This document shows, piece after piece, positions 19,631 to 30,182 of a DNA stretch of 64,000 bases. The translations under genes and the position numbers were made by a program. The stretch's first letter is position 1, and each line of letters begins with the position of its first letter. Origin of the DNA: Myxococcales bacterium (lineage in GTDB: Bacteria > Myxococcota_A > Polyangia > Polyangiales > Polyangiaceae); assembly GCA_043747615.1 (NCBI GenBank), contig JAYTOU010000046.1, forward strand, positions 52,186 to 116,185, given 5' to 3'. The notes under the pieces are model-generated. The model was not told the origin of the DNA. It saw only the letters and a program-made list of their open reading frames with translations, and did not search any database.

Positions 19631-21388
19631 TCAGCGGGCAATCGCCTCAGAATCGCCAGGCCGTGCGAGCGGTGCGGCACGACGAATCCGTGCTTTCTCC
19701 GCTACGATCACCCGGCGGTCGTCGCCTTCGAAGGACGTTTTCCTCGCGCTCCGGCGGTCTTCGAGCTCACGCGCAAGTGACAGGACGAGCTCGCGTGTCG
19801 CAGAACGGGTGGCCAGCCGCGGGCGCAGTCGGATCACGCGCTCTTCAGGGCGTCGACCAGGCACCGCTCGGGCGAGCGGCGCAAGAGCGGTCATGCGCGC
19901 GCTCGCCGCACTGGCATCGTGCACACGCACCAAAACCTCTGGATTTGCCGCGTATCCAGCACCCGAGCGCGCCCAGGCCAACCCCACTTCGATGCCCACC
20001 ACCCCCGGCATCGGCGTCGTTGGAAGAACGAGAAGGCGAAGCTCGTCGGGCTGGGTTGCTCCGGTCGGAACACGCGCCCACGGCGACACACGTAGGCCGG
20101 CGGCTTTGAATTTTCGAAAGAGCGCTCGAAGCATGGGCGCCGATGCGCGCGCCGAAGTCGGCGGAAGCTGGGCGCGGGTACCGGTGAGAAAAAGAGGCGC
20201 GAAGACGACGGCGTCGAGGATGACCAGGTGAGAGAGCTCAGGGTCGATCCGGCGGAGAAGAAACGCCGCGACTGCGGTCCCAAGCGCGAGAAGAACGAGC
20301 GTGAGCTGTCCTGCGCGCGTGGAGGGATCGAACGGATCGCTCGTGCGGCTACGCGTAGAGAACGCCTCGTCGTAACGGAACGCGAGCCACTGCCCGGGGC
20401 CCCGCGTCTGCACGGCCGCAAGGGGCGAAGCGTGCGCGGAGGCGAGCATCGCGACCCCGAGAAGGCACGCACCCCACGCCGGCGAATCCGCCATTTCGAG
20501 CGCGATTCCGCCCGCAAACGTGACGCCGGCGAGGAACACCCGAGCGAACGGGCGGAGCGGGACAATGCTACGCGGGTAGATCGGTTTGCTTGCGTTCGCC
20601 TCGCGGCATGCGGTCTCGACCCGCTTCGATTTCGCCCAGACGAGGGCCGCAAAAAGAATTCCTAAACCCGACAACGCAAGGGCCCGCGAGGGATCCGCGG
20701 CGCTCTCGGGGACCGGTGGCGGCGGAGGCGGCGGCCTCAGCTCGGGAGTTTGAACACGGGGAAACGCGCGGGGATCGACGCGTGCAGTCCACACCACCGC
20801 TTCGCCACGCGCAACGTGCGCGCGGACCATCTCGAGCTCGTCGGCTTCGGGATCGCGGCGGAGCGTGGTGAGAACGGCCTCCGCTTCGTCGCGAACGGTG
20901 CGCGGCTCGGTCTCCCCGGCGGGCAGACGAAAGACGACACGCGCCCCGTCGATGCCCTCGGCGGGAACGGGCGATGCCCAGGAAATCCGCCAGAGCGCGC
21001 CGTCGCGGGTGATCTCGTGATTTTTGAGGAGGTCCACGCGGTAGTGAAGGTGCAGGGCGTAGACACCTTTTTTTAGCCCTTTGGGCTCGTCGACCTCGAT
21101 GGTGACGCTGCGATCATGAGCATGGGCACGCCCGGAGGCGACGGCATCACCGGTGATCTTGACCTCTTCGTCGAGGGCGAGCTCCGCCTCGAAGCCAGGT
21201 ATTTCTACGCTCTTCAGGGCACCGCTCACCACCCGGTAGCTCACGGCGTGATCGATCGTGGCGAGCCCCGCAGTGTCGATCGCCACGCGGACGTCGTGTG
21301 CCGTTTCGTGGACCTCCGCTTTTGCGACGGCCGCCATGCTCGTCGAAAAGAGGAGCGCACCTGCAAAAAGAACCGCCCGCGAGCTCAT
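19631..21388 (-). CDS. Hypothetical membrane protein: signal peptide, DUF2207-like beta ectodomain, several TM helices, soluble tail
   Basis: Signal ..AVAKA|EV; HDVRVAIDTAGLATIDHAVSY; poly-Pro linker; about 5 hydrophobic segments. Confidence 0.65.
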   Translation of the reverse strand: MSSRAVLFAGALLFSTSMAAVAKAEVHETAHDVRVAIDTAGLATIDHAVSYRVVSGALKSVEIPGFEAELALDEEVKITGDAVASGRAHAHDRSVTIEVDEPKGLKKGVYALHLHYRVDLLKNHEITRDGALWRISWASPVPAEGIDGARVVFRLPAGETEPRTVRDEAEAVLTTLRRDPEADELEMVRAHVARGEAVVWTARVDPRAFPRVQTPELRPPPPPPPVPESAADPSRALALSGLGILFAALVWAKSKRVETACREANASKPIYPRSIVPLRPFARVFLAGVTFAGGIALEMADSPAWGACLLGVAMLASAHASPLAAVQTRGPGQWLAFRYDEAFSTRSRTSDPFDPSTRAGQLTLVLLALGTAVAAFLLRRIDPELSHLVILDAVVFAPLFLTGTRAQLPPTSARASAPMLRALFRKFKAAGLRVSPWARVPTGATQPDELRLLVLPTTPMPGVVGIEVGLAWARSGAGYAANPEVLVRVHDASAASARMTALAPLARAVPGRRPEERVIRLRPRLATRSATRELVLSLARELEDRRSARKTSFEGDDRRVIVAEKARIRRAAPLARPGDSEAIAR

Positions 21389-21437
21389 GCCTTACATCTA
21401 CTTACCCCGAGTCAGGGGGCCAAATTACCGGGTGTCT

Positions 21438-23423
21438 TCAGTGCGTCGCCAGGTTGACGATGTCCTGGATGGCCGCGCGTGGGACTTTCGCGGCGAGGAT
21501 CACCGACCCAGCGCCGCCTGGCGAGGGCGCCTGCGCGACGAACGAGAACGGCACCGGAGTCGCCCCTTGCTGCGGCGAAGCGGCGAGGGTGCCGAATGGA
21601 TCGCGAAAGTGCAGCGTCGGTTTCTCGAGGGCGTAGCCGAGCGCGCCGCCAGAGACTACGCCGCGGACGCTGAAGAAGCCGCCCGAGCTCATCTTCGCGC
21701 TTCGCAGATCGTCGAGCCCATCGCGCCGAGCGAGGGTGGTTGCGTCGGTGGTCGTCGAGAGCGCGACCTTCACCTTGGATGCGGCGAGCGCTTCATCGGC
21801 GCCCATCGCAATCCACGTGCGCCCCGCGTCGGGCACGATGAGCACGTGCAGCTTGAGGGGTTTCGCGAGCTTCGGCTTCGCGGAAGGCGTGCCTTTTTTC
21901 GTGATAACCGGCGGCTCCGACGGATCGGCGCCCATCTCGTGGGTCACGGTGAGCACGAGGTGCAGGCTGTCCTTGGGGAGAACAATCTCCTTGGAAATAG
22001 GCTGCATTCGGAGTGTCGCGGGTGCGCCTTCCTTCGTCTTGTCTTTGAGCAACTTGGTCATCCCCGGACGATTCCACACCGTGACCCACTCTTTGGCGAC
22101 GCTCCCGACCTTGGCGATCGGCTCGTCGAGACCAACCATGCTCCAGCCAGCGAATTGTTCGAGAGCGGCGCGCTCGGCGACCTCCCTGGAAGCGGCCTTG
22201 GCCGACTTCGCGTCGGTCGACGCCTTCTGCACGGCAGCCCAGTCGACCCCTTTGGCGTAGACGGCGGGCGCGGAGGTGAGCGCGAGCCAGTCCTTTACGG
22301 CATCGCCGACCGCGCGCTTGTCGGCGGCAGCGACGCCCTCTTTGTCGAGGCTTCGGTTGACGGCTTCGATGATGAGATCGCGCGGGTGCTCGATTTCCTT
22401 CGCGTCGATTCCACGCGAGAAAAAGGCCGTGTCCGCGTCTACGGGCAGATGCCAGAAGGTAGCCGGAGGGGCGTCTGCGCGTTCGGGGTGGCTGGTGGCG
22501 ATGCGCGCCATGACAGACTGTGATCCGCTGAACGAGGCGCTGATGATCCCGGTTGCGGAGGGATCGCTGAGCGTCGCGTCGACAGAGACCTTGTCGATGT
22601 CGAGGGCGAGGTCGACGCCGTCGCCTACGAGCGCGCCGAGGATGTCGCTGAACGCCGAGCTTCCCGCTTGCGATCCGAGCGCGCTGCGGACGAGCATCGG
22701 CAACATCGCTCTTCCTTGCGTGACCATCGGCTTCACTGGCTCGAGCTTCACGTCGATGTGGATGTCGGAGGGAAAGTTCGCGCGCGTAGCGGTGCGAGCG
22801 AGGTACGGCGCTAAGAGAAGGAGGGCGCTGTCTGTCCCTCCGCATACCAGGCGCGTTGCCGCTGAACCGAATGCGGGAATGAGCTCGCACTTGCGAGCGT
22901 CATCGCCTTCGTCTTCCTCGTCGCCGCGGTCACGCTTGTCGTGCTTCAACTCCTCGAGCTTCAGGATGCCGCCGGAGCTCGCCGTCATTTTGAAGCGCTC
23001 GGAGAGAGCCTTCTTCGCCTCCTCGAGCGAGACGACCGCGACCGAGATGGCGTAGATCGGCTTCACGCTCTTGCCGTGCGGGTCGGAGGCGACGGCCACA
23101 CTGATCGATTTTTCAAGGTCGATCGCGCGTCCGATGGTGGACCCGGTGAGGAGCTCGGCGGCTTCGTCGGCGGCGGGCATCGGCATGTTCGTCCAGCCGC
23201 CCACCACGCGGAGCGCCTGCGCAGGCTTGGCCACGTTGGCGAACATGAGGAGCGTCGGCGGCTCAGGAACGGCGCTGACGTCGGCCGGGACCGCAGCTAC
23301 CGTCGCGGGTTTCGCGGGAGTAGCGACCGGCAGGGCAGTGGCCTCCGGAGGCGGAGATCCGCCGCACGCAATTCCAGAGCACAAAACGGACGCGAAAAAG
23401 AAAATCGGAGGGCGTGCTTTCAT
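21438..23423 (-). CDS. Large hypothetical lipoprotein
   Basis: Lipobox SGIA|CGGS, Pro/Ala linker, 661-aa ORF that fits the gene tiling. Confidence 0.75.
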   Translation of the reverse strand: MKARPPIFFFASVLCSGIACGGSPPPEATALPVATPAKPATVAAVPADVSAVPEPPTLLMFANVAKPAQALRVVGGWTNMPMPAADEAAELLTGSTIGRAIDLEKSISVAVASDPHGKSVKPIYAISVAVVSLEEAKKALSERFKMTASSGGILKLEELKHDKRDRGDEEDEGDDARKCELIPAFGSAATRLVCGGTDSALLLLAPYLARTATRANFPSDIHIDVKLEPVKPMVTQGRAMLPMLVRSALGSQAGSSAFSDILGALVGDGVDLALDIDKVSVDATLSDPSATGIISASFSGSQSVMARIATSHPERADAPPATFWHLPVDADTAFFSRGIDAKEIEHPRDLIIEAVNRSLDKEGVAAADKRAVGDAVKDWLALTSAPAVYAKGVDWAAVQKASTDAKSAKAASREVAERAALEQFAGWSMVGLDEPIAKVGSVAKEWVTVWNRPGMTKLLKDKTKEGAPATLRMQPISKEIVLPKDSLHLVLTVTHEMGADPSEPPVITKKGTPSAKPKLAKPLKLHVLIVPDAGRTWIAMGADEALAASKVKVALSTTTDATTLARRDGLDDLRSAKMSSGGFFSVRGVVSGGALGYALEKPTLHFRDPFGTLAASPQQGATPVPFSFVAQAPSPGGAGSVILAAKVPRAAIQDIVNLATH

Positions 23424-23515
23424 GTGGGCGAGGGAGAATACGTCAGCGGGAACGCCAAGCGCTACGAGTCAATCTAGTAACCGCGCCAGCGCTGTGGTTG
23501 ATCCGACTCAGCAGC

Positions 23516-25591
23516 ATGGCCTCTCCCTTTCCCCTCAATCCCGCCCAGAGGGACGCCGTCGAACACCAAGTGGGACCGCTCCTCATCCTTGCCGGCGCAG
23601 GCTCGGGAAAAACGCGCGTCATCACACAGCGGATCGTGCGCCTCATGGAGCGCGGCGTCCCCTCTTCGGCGATCGTGGCCCTCACCTTCACGAACAAAGC
23701 CGCCGGTGAGATGGAGGAGCGCGTCGCTCTCGCCCTCGGCAAGAAGAGAGGCGCGACGACGGGGTTGACCATCTCCACGTTCCACTCTTTCGGGCTGCGC
23801 GTCCTCACCCGCGAGCGCAAGAACGCCGGCGGGCCATTCACCATCTTCGATCAGGGCGACTGCCTCGGCGTCGTAAAGGAAATCTTACGCAACATCGACG
23901 CGGGGAAGCGCTTCGACGTGCCGGCGATCGCCGCGCGGATCTCTAACGCAAAGAACGCCTTCCTCACGGCAGACGAGCTTCCGGACGACGGCGAAGATCC
24001 CTACGAAGAGATCACCAAGCTGGTCTACCCACGGTACCAATCGGCGCTCCGCACGTTCTCGGCGTACGACTTCGACGATCTCGTGTGCGAGGTTGCCCGC
24101 ATCTGGCAAGACCGCCCGGATGTCCTTGCGCGCTGGCAGGAGCGCTACCAGTACATTCTGGTCGACGAGTACCAGGACACGAACCGCGCGCAGCTGATGC
24201 TCATTCGGCACCTCGCCGAGAAGCACAAAAACATCTGCGTGGTCGGCGACGACGATCAGGCCATTTACGCCTGGCGCGGCGCAGACGTGCGCAACATTCT
24301 CGAGTTCGAAGATCACTTCCCCGGGGCCAAAGTCGTCAAGCTCGAGCAAAACTACCGTTCGCGCGCGTCGATCATCGAGGTCGCCAACGCGGTCATCGCC
24401 AAGCGAACCGACACCCGTCACCAGAAGCAGCTTTTCACCGAGCGGCCGGGCACCGACAAGCTCGAGCTCATCATCGCGCCGTCTCCCGAGGGGGAAGCGC
24501 AACACGTCGCGCGCGAGCTCAAGAGGCTCATTCGCGACGAGGGAATGCGCGCCAAGAACCTCGCCGTCCTTTACCGCTCGAACGGGCAGGCCAAGGTGCT
24601 CGAAGAGGCGCTCCGCGAGCACGGTATCGTCTACCGCATGGTCGGCGGCCAACAATTTTTTGAACGAAAAGAAGTGAAGGACCTCCTTTCGTATCTCAAG
24701 CTCGCCCTCAATCGCGCCGACGAGATCAGCTTGCGACGGATCATGAATTATCCCGCGCGCGGCATCGGCGAGACGAGCGTGGAACGGCTTGCTCTTCACG
24801 CCACGGCGAAGGGATGGTCGCTCTGGCAGGGCGTCGAGAGGGTCGACGCGCTCGACGACATCTCCGGGGCGGCGCGCGAGGGCTGCAAGGATCTCGAGCG
24901 CATCATTGGCGAAGTCCGGAAGAAGCTTCTCGTCGAACAGGTGAAAGCCAGCGACGCCACGCGTGAGCTCTGCGAGCGCATCGGCCTCAAGCGCGACATC
25001 GACGCGAGCTCCGGTTCGCCGAAAATTGCCGGAAAGCGCTGGGCCAACGTGGAGAGTCTGTTTCAGACCCTGATGCGCCGCGAGGCCCGCGAGGGCGTGG
25101 TCGACGGTAAGAAGGAAGAGATCGCGCTCTCGAATTTTCTCCATGCGCTGACCCTCAACTTCGACGATGCGGAAGAGACCACCGGCGACGCCGTGACTCT
25201 CTCGACGCTCCACGGATCAAAGGGCCTCGAGTTCGACGTCGTATTTCTAATCGGGTGCGAAGAAGGGCTCATTCCCCACGCGCGAACCATCGACGCACGA
25301 GCAACGGACGACACGTCCATCGTGCGACTCGGCAGCGATCAAATCGAAGAAGAGCGGCGCCTCTTCTACGTCGGAGTCACGCGCGCTCGAGACACGCTCG
25401 TTCTGTCGCGGTGCAAAGCGCGGGCAATGCGCGGAAAGCCGGTATCGCGGATCCCCAGCCGATTTCTCATGGATCTTCCGGCGGAGTGGATCGTGGAGCG
25501 CGAGGTCAAGGACCAGCCTCCGCTGGACGTGAAAGAGATGGCCGCGAACGGCGACGCCTTCATGGCCATGCTCAACGCGATCGGGAAGTAA
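23516..25591 (+). CDS. UvrD/Rep/PcrA superfamily 1A DNA helicase (Rep-like)
   Basis: LNPAQ, LAGAGSGKT, TFTNKAA, VDEYQDTN, VGDDDQAIY, LEQNYRS, STLHGSKGLEF, EEERRLFYVGVTRA. ATG at 23516. Confidence 0.95.
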   Translation: MASPFPLNPAQRDAVEHQVGPLLILAGAGSGKTRVITQRIVRLMERGVPSSAIVALTFTNKAAGEMEERVALALGKKRGATTGLTISTFHSFGLRVLTRERKNAGGPFTIFDQGDCLGVVKEILRNIDAGKRFDVPAIAARISNAKNAFLTADELPDDGEDPYEEITKLVYPRYQSALRTFSAYDFDDLVCEVARIWQDRPDVLARWQERYQYILVDEYQDTNRAQLMLIRHLAEKHKNICVVGDDDQAIYAWRGADVRNILEFEDHFPGAKVVKLEQNYRSRASIIEVANAVIAKRTDTRHQKQLFTERPGTDKLELIIAPSPEGEAQHVARELKRLIRDEGMRAKNLAVLYRSNGQAKVLEEALREHGIVYRMVGGQQFFERKEVKDLLSYLKLALNRADEISLRRIMNYPARGIGETSVERLALHATAKGWSLWQGVERVDALDDISGAAREGCKDLERIIGEVRKKLLVEQVKASDATRELCERIGLKRDIDASSGSPKIAGKRWANVESLFQTLMRREAREGVVDGKKEEIALSNFLHALTLNFDDAEETTGDAVTLSTLHGSKGLEFDVVFLIGCEEGLIPHARTIDARATDDTSIVRLGSDQIEEERRLFYVGVTRARDTLVLSRCKARAMRGKPVSRIPSRFLMDLPAEWIVEREVKDQPPLDVKEMAANGDAFMAMLNAIGK

Positions 25592-25597
25592 CCGCGC

Positions 25598-26494
25598 TTG
25601 GTCCCTATTCTCAGCGAGGTGACGACGACGCTCCTTGCTCTTGCTCTCGTGGCGCTCGCCGGCATCCTCGCCGCAGGTGGAGCGTCGCGACGGACCCTCG
25701 CGATCGCCGTCTCGAGCAGCGTGATTCTCGTGCCTTGGATGGCGGAGACCCGTCTCGTCCGGGCATTCCTGGCGCTCTACTCTCTGGTGAGCCTCGGCAG
25801 GGTGATCGATCTCGTTCGCATGCGAACGTCGTACGCGTGGCCGCGACGCGTGATCCACGCCCTCAGCTTGTTCGACTCGCGGAAGGCCACGCCGGCTCCG
25901 CCCACTCTTCCGCGATTCGCGGTGACGAGCGTCCTCCTCTACGCGCCCCTGACGCTCCTCGGGCTCTACGTGGTCATTCGGGTGGCGCCCACGATGAGCG
26001 AGAAGCTTCGATTCATCGTGCGATCAGCGGGAGGACTGGTGTTCATGTACTGCCTGACCGAAACCCTGTACGCCGTGGTGTGGGGCGGCATGCGCGCGAT
26101 CGGTTTCGCCTTCCCGCCCCTCCACGTGTCCCCCATTCTTTCGCGGTCGGTGCAGGAGTTCTGGGGCGAGCGCTGGAATCGGACGGTGAACGATTGGCTC
26201 CGCACGAATTGTTTCTTGCCGCTCGCCCGTCGACGCAGGCCGGTGCTCGGCGTCGCCGCGGCCTTCGTGAGCAGCGCTGCCCTGCATGCGTACATGACGA
26301 TCGTACCGCTCGGACTCGAGATGGCAGGCTGGATGACCGCGTATTTTTTGCTCCAGCCGCTACTGATGGGGATCGAACGGCTGCTCGGCGTTGCACGCTG
26401 GTCGGCGCCGGCTGCGCATCTCTGGACCGTGACTGTGATGGTGTTGCCGTCACCACTTTTCGTCGAGCCGCTGCTTCAGATTTTTAGCATCTAG
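25598..26494 (+). CDS. MBOAT (wax-synthase-type) membrane-bound O-acyltransferase
   Basis: Multi-TM protein with PILSRSVQEFWGERWN and FVSSAALH (catalytic His). Confidence 0.8.
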   Translation: MVPILSEVTTTLLALALVALAGILAAGGASRRTLAIAVSSSVILVPWMAETRLVRAFLALYSLVSLGRVIDLVRMRTSYAWPRRVIHALSLFDSRKATPAPPTLPRFAVTSVLLYAPLTLLGLYVVIRVAPTMSEKLRFIVRSAGGLVFMYCLTETLYAVVWGGMRAIGFAFPPLHVSPILSRSVQEFWGERWNRTVNDWLRTNCFLPLARRRRPVLGVAAAFVSSAALHAYMTIVPLGLEMAGWMTAYFLLQPLLMGIERLLGVARWSAPAAHLWTVTVMVLPSPLFVEPLLQIFSI

Positions 26495-27684
26495 GCGCCG
26501 GAGCCGAGGGCCTGATCGAGATCGGCGATGAGATCGCTGGTCTCCTCGATCCCCACGGCGAGCCGAACCAGACCCTCGTCGATTCCAATTTTTGCCCGCT
26601 CCTCCGGCGTCAGCTCGAAGAAGCTCATGAGCGTCGGAGGTTCGATGAGCGTCTCCACGCCGCCGAGCGATGGAGCGATCTTCGCAAGCTTCGTACGGTC
26701 GGTCACCTGCCGCGCCGCCTCGAGCCCGCCGTGGACGATGAAGCTCACCACGCCGCCGAAGCCCGCCATTTGCCGCGTGGCGACGGCATGATCGGGGTGC
26801 GACGCGAGGCCCGGATAGAACACGCGCTTGATGCCTGGGTGTTTTTCGAGATGCTCGGCGATGGCCTGTGCCGAGGCGTTTTGCCGAGCCACCCGGAGGC
26901 CGAGGGTCTTCATTCCACGCCCCACGAGGAACGCGGCGTGGGGGTCGCAGACTCCACCGAGGACGTCGCGCATCTCGGCGACCATCTCGATGAGAGCGCG
27001 AGGACCCGACACGACGCCGGCGAGGACGTCGTTGTGCCCGGCGAGGTACTTGGTAGCGCTGTGGATCACGAGGTCGACGCCGAACGAAGCGGGGCGGCAG
27101 TTGATGGGGGTGGCGAAGGTGGCGTCGATGATCGATTTGACGCTGCGATGCTCCTTGCAGATGGCCGCCAGGCGTTCGAGGTCGACGCACGAGAGATACG
27201 GATTGGTCGGAGATTCACTCACCACCAAGCGTGTTTTTGGCTGGATCGCTTCGGCCAGCCCATCGAGATCGCCGGCGTCGAGCAGTGTGTATTCTACACC
27301 GAATCGCGGAAGAATGCTGGTGACGAACTCGCGCGTCATGCGATAGCCGTCCTTGAAGAAGACGACGTGCTGTCCGGCTTTGACCAAGGCGAGAATCGTG
27401 GTTGTCACCGCCGCCATCCCGCTCGCGAAGAGGAGCGCCTCCTCGGTACCTTCGAGCGCCGCGATCCGGTGCTCCACGCTCCGGCACGTGGGATTTCCGT
27501 AGCGGCCGTACTCGTCGCGCTCGCGGGGGTGACTCCCGTCATTCAGCGAGATGAGCTCGTCGGTGCTCTCGAACGTGAAGGTGGCCGTCTGCACGATAGG
27601 GCACGGCACCGCATCGAACGGCCTATTTTGCGTCTCCCCGGCGTGCACGGCATCGGTCGACGTCGGTAGTTTTTTGTTGCTCAA
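26491..27684 (-). CDS. metB: PLP-dependent trans-sulfuration enzyme (cystathionine gamma-synthase-like)
   Basis: YGRYGNPT, FASGMAA, ESPTNP, DATFATP, HSATKYLAGHNDV, SLGGVETL. Confidence 0.8.
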   Translation of the reverse strand: MSNKKLPTSTDAVHAGETQNRPFDAVPCPIVQTATFTFESTDELISLNDGSHPRERDEYGRYGNPTCRSVEHRIAALEGTEEALLFASGMAAVTTTILALVKAGQHVVFFKDGYRMTREFVTSILPRFGVEYTLLDAGDLDGLAEAIQPKTRLVVSESPTNPYLSCVDLERLAAICKEHRSVKSIIDATFATPINCRPASFGVDLVIHSATKYLAGHNDVLAGVVSGPRALIEMVAEMRDVLGGVCDPHAAFLVGRGMKTLGLRVARQNASAQAIAEHLEKHPGIKRVFYPGLASHPDHAVATRQMAGFGGVVSFIVHGGLEAARQVTDRTKLAKIAPSLGGVETLIEPPTLMSFFELTPEERAKIGIDEGLVRLAVGIEETSDLIADLDQALGSGA

Positions 27685-28391
27685 CCTTCGGCCTCCGGTG
27701 CCACGAACGGCACGACCGCTTCGGCAACCTTCCGCCGCGAGCGAAGAAAATAGTGATCGCTTCCTTCGAAGACCTGGACGCTCGCTCCGATCGTGCTTCC
27801 AAGCAACCGCGCTTCCTCAACGTCGCAGAACTCGTCGGCATCGCCTACGTAGATGGCGATTTTTCCGCCCAGGGACGCGGCGTCCTCCGTCACGAAGTCG
27901 AAGATGCGGACGGCAGGAGCAACCAGCGCCACGCGCTCGACGCCGCGCTCGATGGCCGCCGCGCGGAGCCCCACCCATGTGCCGAACGAATAGCCGCACA
28001 CGCTCAGTCGTGCGTCGGGGGCGTGCGCGCGCAGAAAACGCAGAGCGGCGCGGGCGTCAAACGTCTCTCCGAGTCCGTCGCCGTATGATCCCTCGCTGGC
28101 GCCGACCCCGCGGTAATTGAAGCGCAGCGTTGCCACAGTTTTTTCACCGCGCTCGGCGAGCACTTTGGCGATCGCCAGCGGCACCGCGCTGTGCATCGTT
28201 CCCCCGTAGAGCGGATGAGGATGGCAGAGAAGGACGGCGCGGACGGCTCCCTTCGGCGCGCGGATCCGGCCTTCGAGCGAGGGCTCACCGGCGAAGCCTT
28301 CGATGGTAACGCGCTCCTCTCCCGTTACGATCGCGGGCGGCGATAGCTCGGGATGCTCGGGCGGCGGAGGAAGCTCGTGTGTTCGCGGCAT
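27681..28391 (-). CDS. Alpha/beta hydrolase
   Basis: CHPHPLYGGTM, RFNYRGVG, nucleophile GYSFG, GDADEF, DHYF. ATG at 28391. Confidence 0.9.
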   Translation of the reverse strand: MPRTHELPPPPEHPELSPPAIVTGEERVTIEGFAGEPSLEGRIRAPKGAVRAVLLCHPHPLYGGTMHSAVPLAIAKVLAERGEKTVATLRFNYRGVGASEGSYGDGLGETFDARAALRFLRAHAPDARLSVCGYSFGTWVGLRAAAIERGVERVALVAPAVRIFDFVTEDAASLGGKIAIYVGDADEFCDVEEARLLGSTIGASVQVFEGSDHYFLRSRRKVAEAVVPFVAPEAEG

Positions 28392-28398
28392 GAATGAT

Positions 28399-30117
28399 TT
28401 AGGCGAGCGCCGCCCGAACACGCTCTTCGATGCGGCTCGCCGCCTCGGCGACGGGAAGGAGCTCCGCCTTCTTGGGATCGCTCTCGGTACGCGGCTTCAG
28501 CTCGAAATTGCCGGCCGCGAGCCCCTTGCCGCCCACGGTGACCCGCAGAGGAATTCCAACGAGGTCGGCGTCTTTGAACTTCACTCCCGGGCGCTCGTCG
28601 CGATCGTCCCAGAGGACTTCGACGCCGCGGGCCTGGAGATCTTCGTAAAGTTTTTTCGCCGCTTCGATGACGGCGGCGTCTTTGCCGAGCGAGCAGATGT
28701 GCACCTGGTAGGGAGCGATGCTCATGGGCCAGAGCATGCCGTCGGCGTCGTTGTGCTGTTCGATCGCCGTCGCCACCAAGCGGGACACGCCGATGCCGTA
28801 GCAGCCCATGACGAGCGCCTTTTTTTGCTGCGCTTCGTCGAGGAAGGTGGCTCCCATCTTCTCGGAGTAGTGGGTGCCGAGGATGAAGATGTGACCGGCC
28901 TCGATGCCTTTGTAGGACACGAGCTTTCCGTTCGCGCAGTTCGCGCATGCGTCTCCCGTCGAGGCGAGACGGACGTCGACCACCTCGCCCTGGTAGTCCC
29001 GCCCGTAGGTGACGCCGGTGACGTGGTGGTCGGTATCGTTCGCGCCGGTGATGCCGTTCTGTACGAGCGACGCTGCGCGATCGACGAGAATGCGCCCCTT
29101 GAACCCGACCGGACCTGCGAACCCCACGCCTGCGCCGGTGGCCCGACGAACCTCGGCTTCGCCTGCAAGAAAAACTTCTCCGGTGCCGAGAGCGCGGGCG
29201 AGGCGGATCTCATTCACCTCGTGATCGCCGCGAACGACGACCATCATCGTGACTTTGTCGACCGTGTACAGGAGCGACTTCAGCATCTTCTGGGGCGTTG
29301 TCTTCAGGAACGCGACGACGTCAGCGATGGAACCATGGCCAGGCGTGTGTACCTTCGCGACGTTCGCGGGGCTCTCCGGCACGCTCGATTCCTCGCCTGC
29401 GCGCACGGTCGCCACTTCCACGTTGGCCGCGTACTCGCACGCATCGCAAGCCACGATGGCGTCTTCGCCCGACTCAGCAAGGACCTGAAACTCCGCGCTG
29501 GTCGAGCCTCCCATGGCCCCGGAGTCCGCCGCAACGAGGCGGTAGGTGAGCCCGATGCGATCGAAGATTCGCGTGTAGGCCACACGCATTTGTTCGTAGC
29601 TCGCCTTGGCTGCGTCTTCGCTGACGTCGAAGGAGTAAGCGTCTTTCATCATGAATTCCCGGCAGCGCAGCAGCCCTCCACGGGGCCGCGGCTCGTCCCG
29701 AAATTTCGTTTGGATCTGGTAGAGATTCTTCGGCAGATCCCGGTAGCTCTTGATCTCGCGCCGCGCGATGTCGGTGACGATTTCTTCGTGGGTCGGGCCG
29801 AGGTGAAAGTCGGCGCCCTTGCGATCCTTCAGGCGAAAGAGGGTGTCACCGAAGCGGTCCCAGCGCTCGGTCTCCTTGAAGTACTCAGCGGGGAGAAGCG
29901 CCGGCATCAGGATCTCCTGCGCGCCCGCGCGATCCATCTCTTTGCGGACGATGCCCGCAACCTTCTGGAGCACGCGCAGACCGAACGGCAGGTAGTCGTA
30001 CATACCCGCCCCCACGCGACGGATGAACCCCGCCCGCGTGAGCAGGATGTGGCTCACGTTGGTGGCGTCGGAGGGAGCTTCTTTGACCGTGGGAAGGAGG
30101 GCGCGCGTGACGAGCAT
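28399..30117 (-). CDS. proS: Proline--tRNA ligase (bacterial type with insertion editing domain)
   Basis: LGPTHEE, QIQTKFRDEPRPR, REFMMKDAYSF, GIEAGHIF, MGCYGIGVSR, KFKDADLVGIP. Confidence 0.97.
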   Translation of the reverse strand: MLVTRALLPTVKEAPSDATNVSHILLTRAGFIRRVGAGMYDYLPFGLRVLQKVAGIVRKEMDRAGAQEILMPALLPAEYFKETERWDRFGDTLFRLKDRKGADFHLGPTHEEIVTDIARREIKSYRDLPKNLYQIQTKFRDEPRPRGGLLRCREFMMKDAYSFDVSEDAAKASYEQMRVAYTRIFDRIGLTYRLVAADSGAMGGSTSAEFQVLAESGEDAIVACDACEYAANVEVATVRAGEESSVPESPANVAKVHTPGHGSIADVVAFLKTTPQKMLKSLLYTVDKVTMMVVVRGDHEVNEIRLARALGTGEVFLAGEAEVRRATGAGVGFAGPVGFKGRILVDRAASLVQNGITGANDTDHHVTGVTYGRDYQGEVVDVRLASTGDACANCANGKLVSYKGIEAGHIFILGTHYSEKMGATFLDEAQQKKALVMGCYGIGVSRLVATAIEQHNDADGMLWPMSIAPYQVHICSLGKDAAVIEAAKKLYEDLQARGVEVLWDDRDERPGVKFKDADLVGIPLRVTVGGKGLAAGNFELKPRTESDPKKAELLPVAEAASRIEERVRAALA

Positions 30118-30182
30118 TTACCGAGGGACTTACCATTTCCCCGTGGAAACCACCGTGACCAATTCGCCCGAACGACCGGTAG

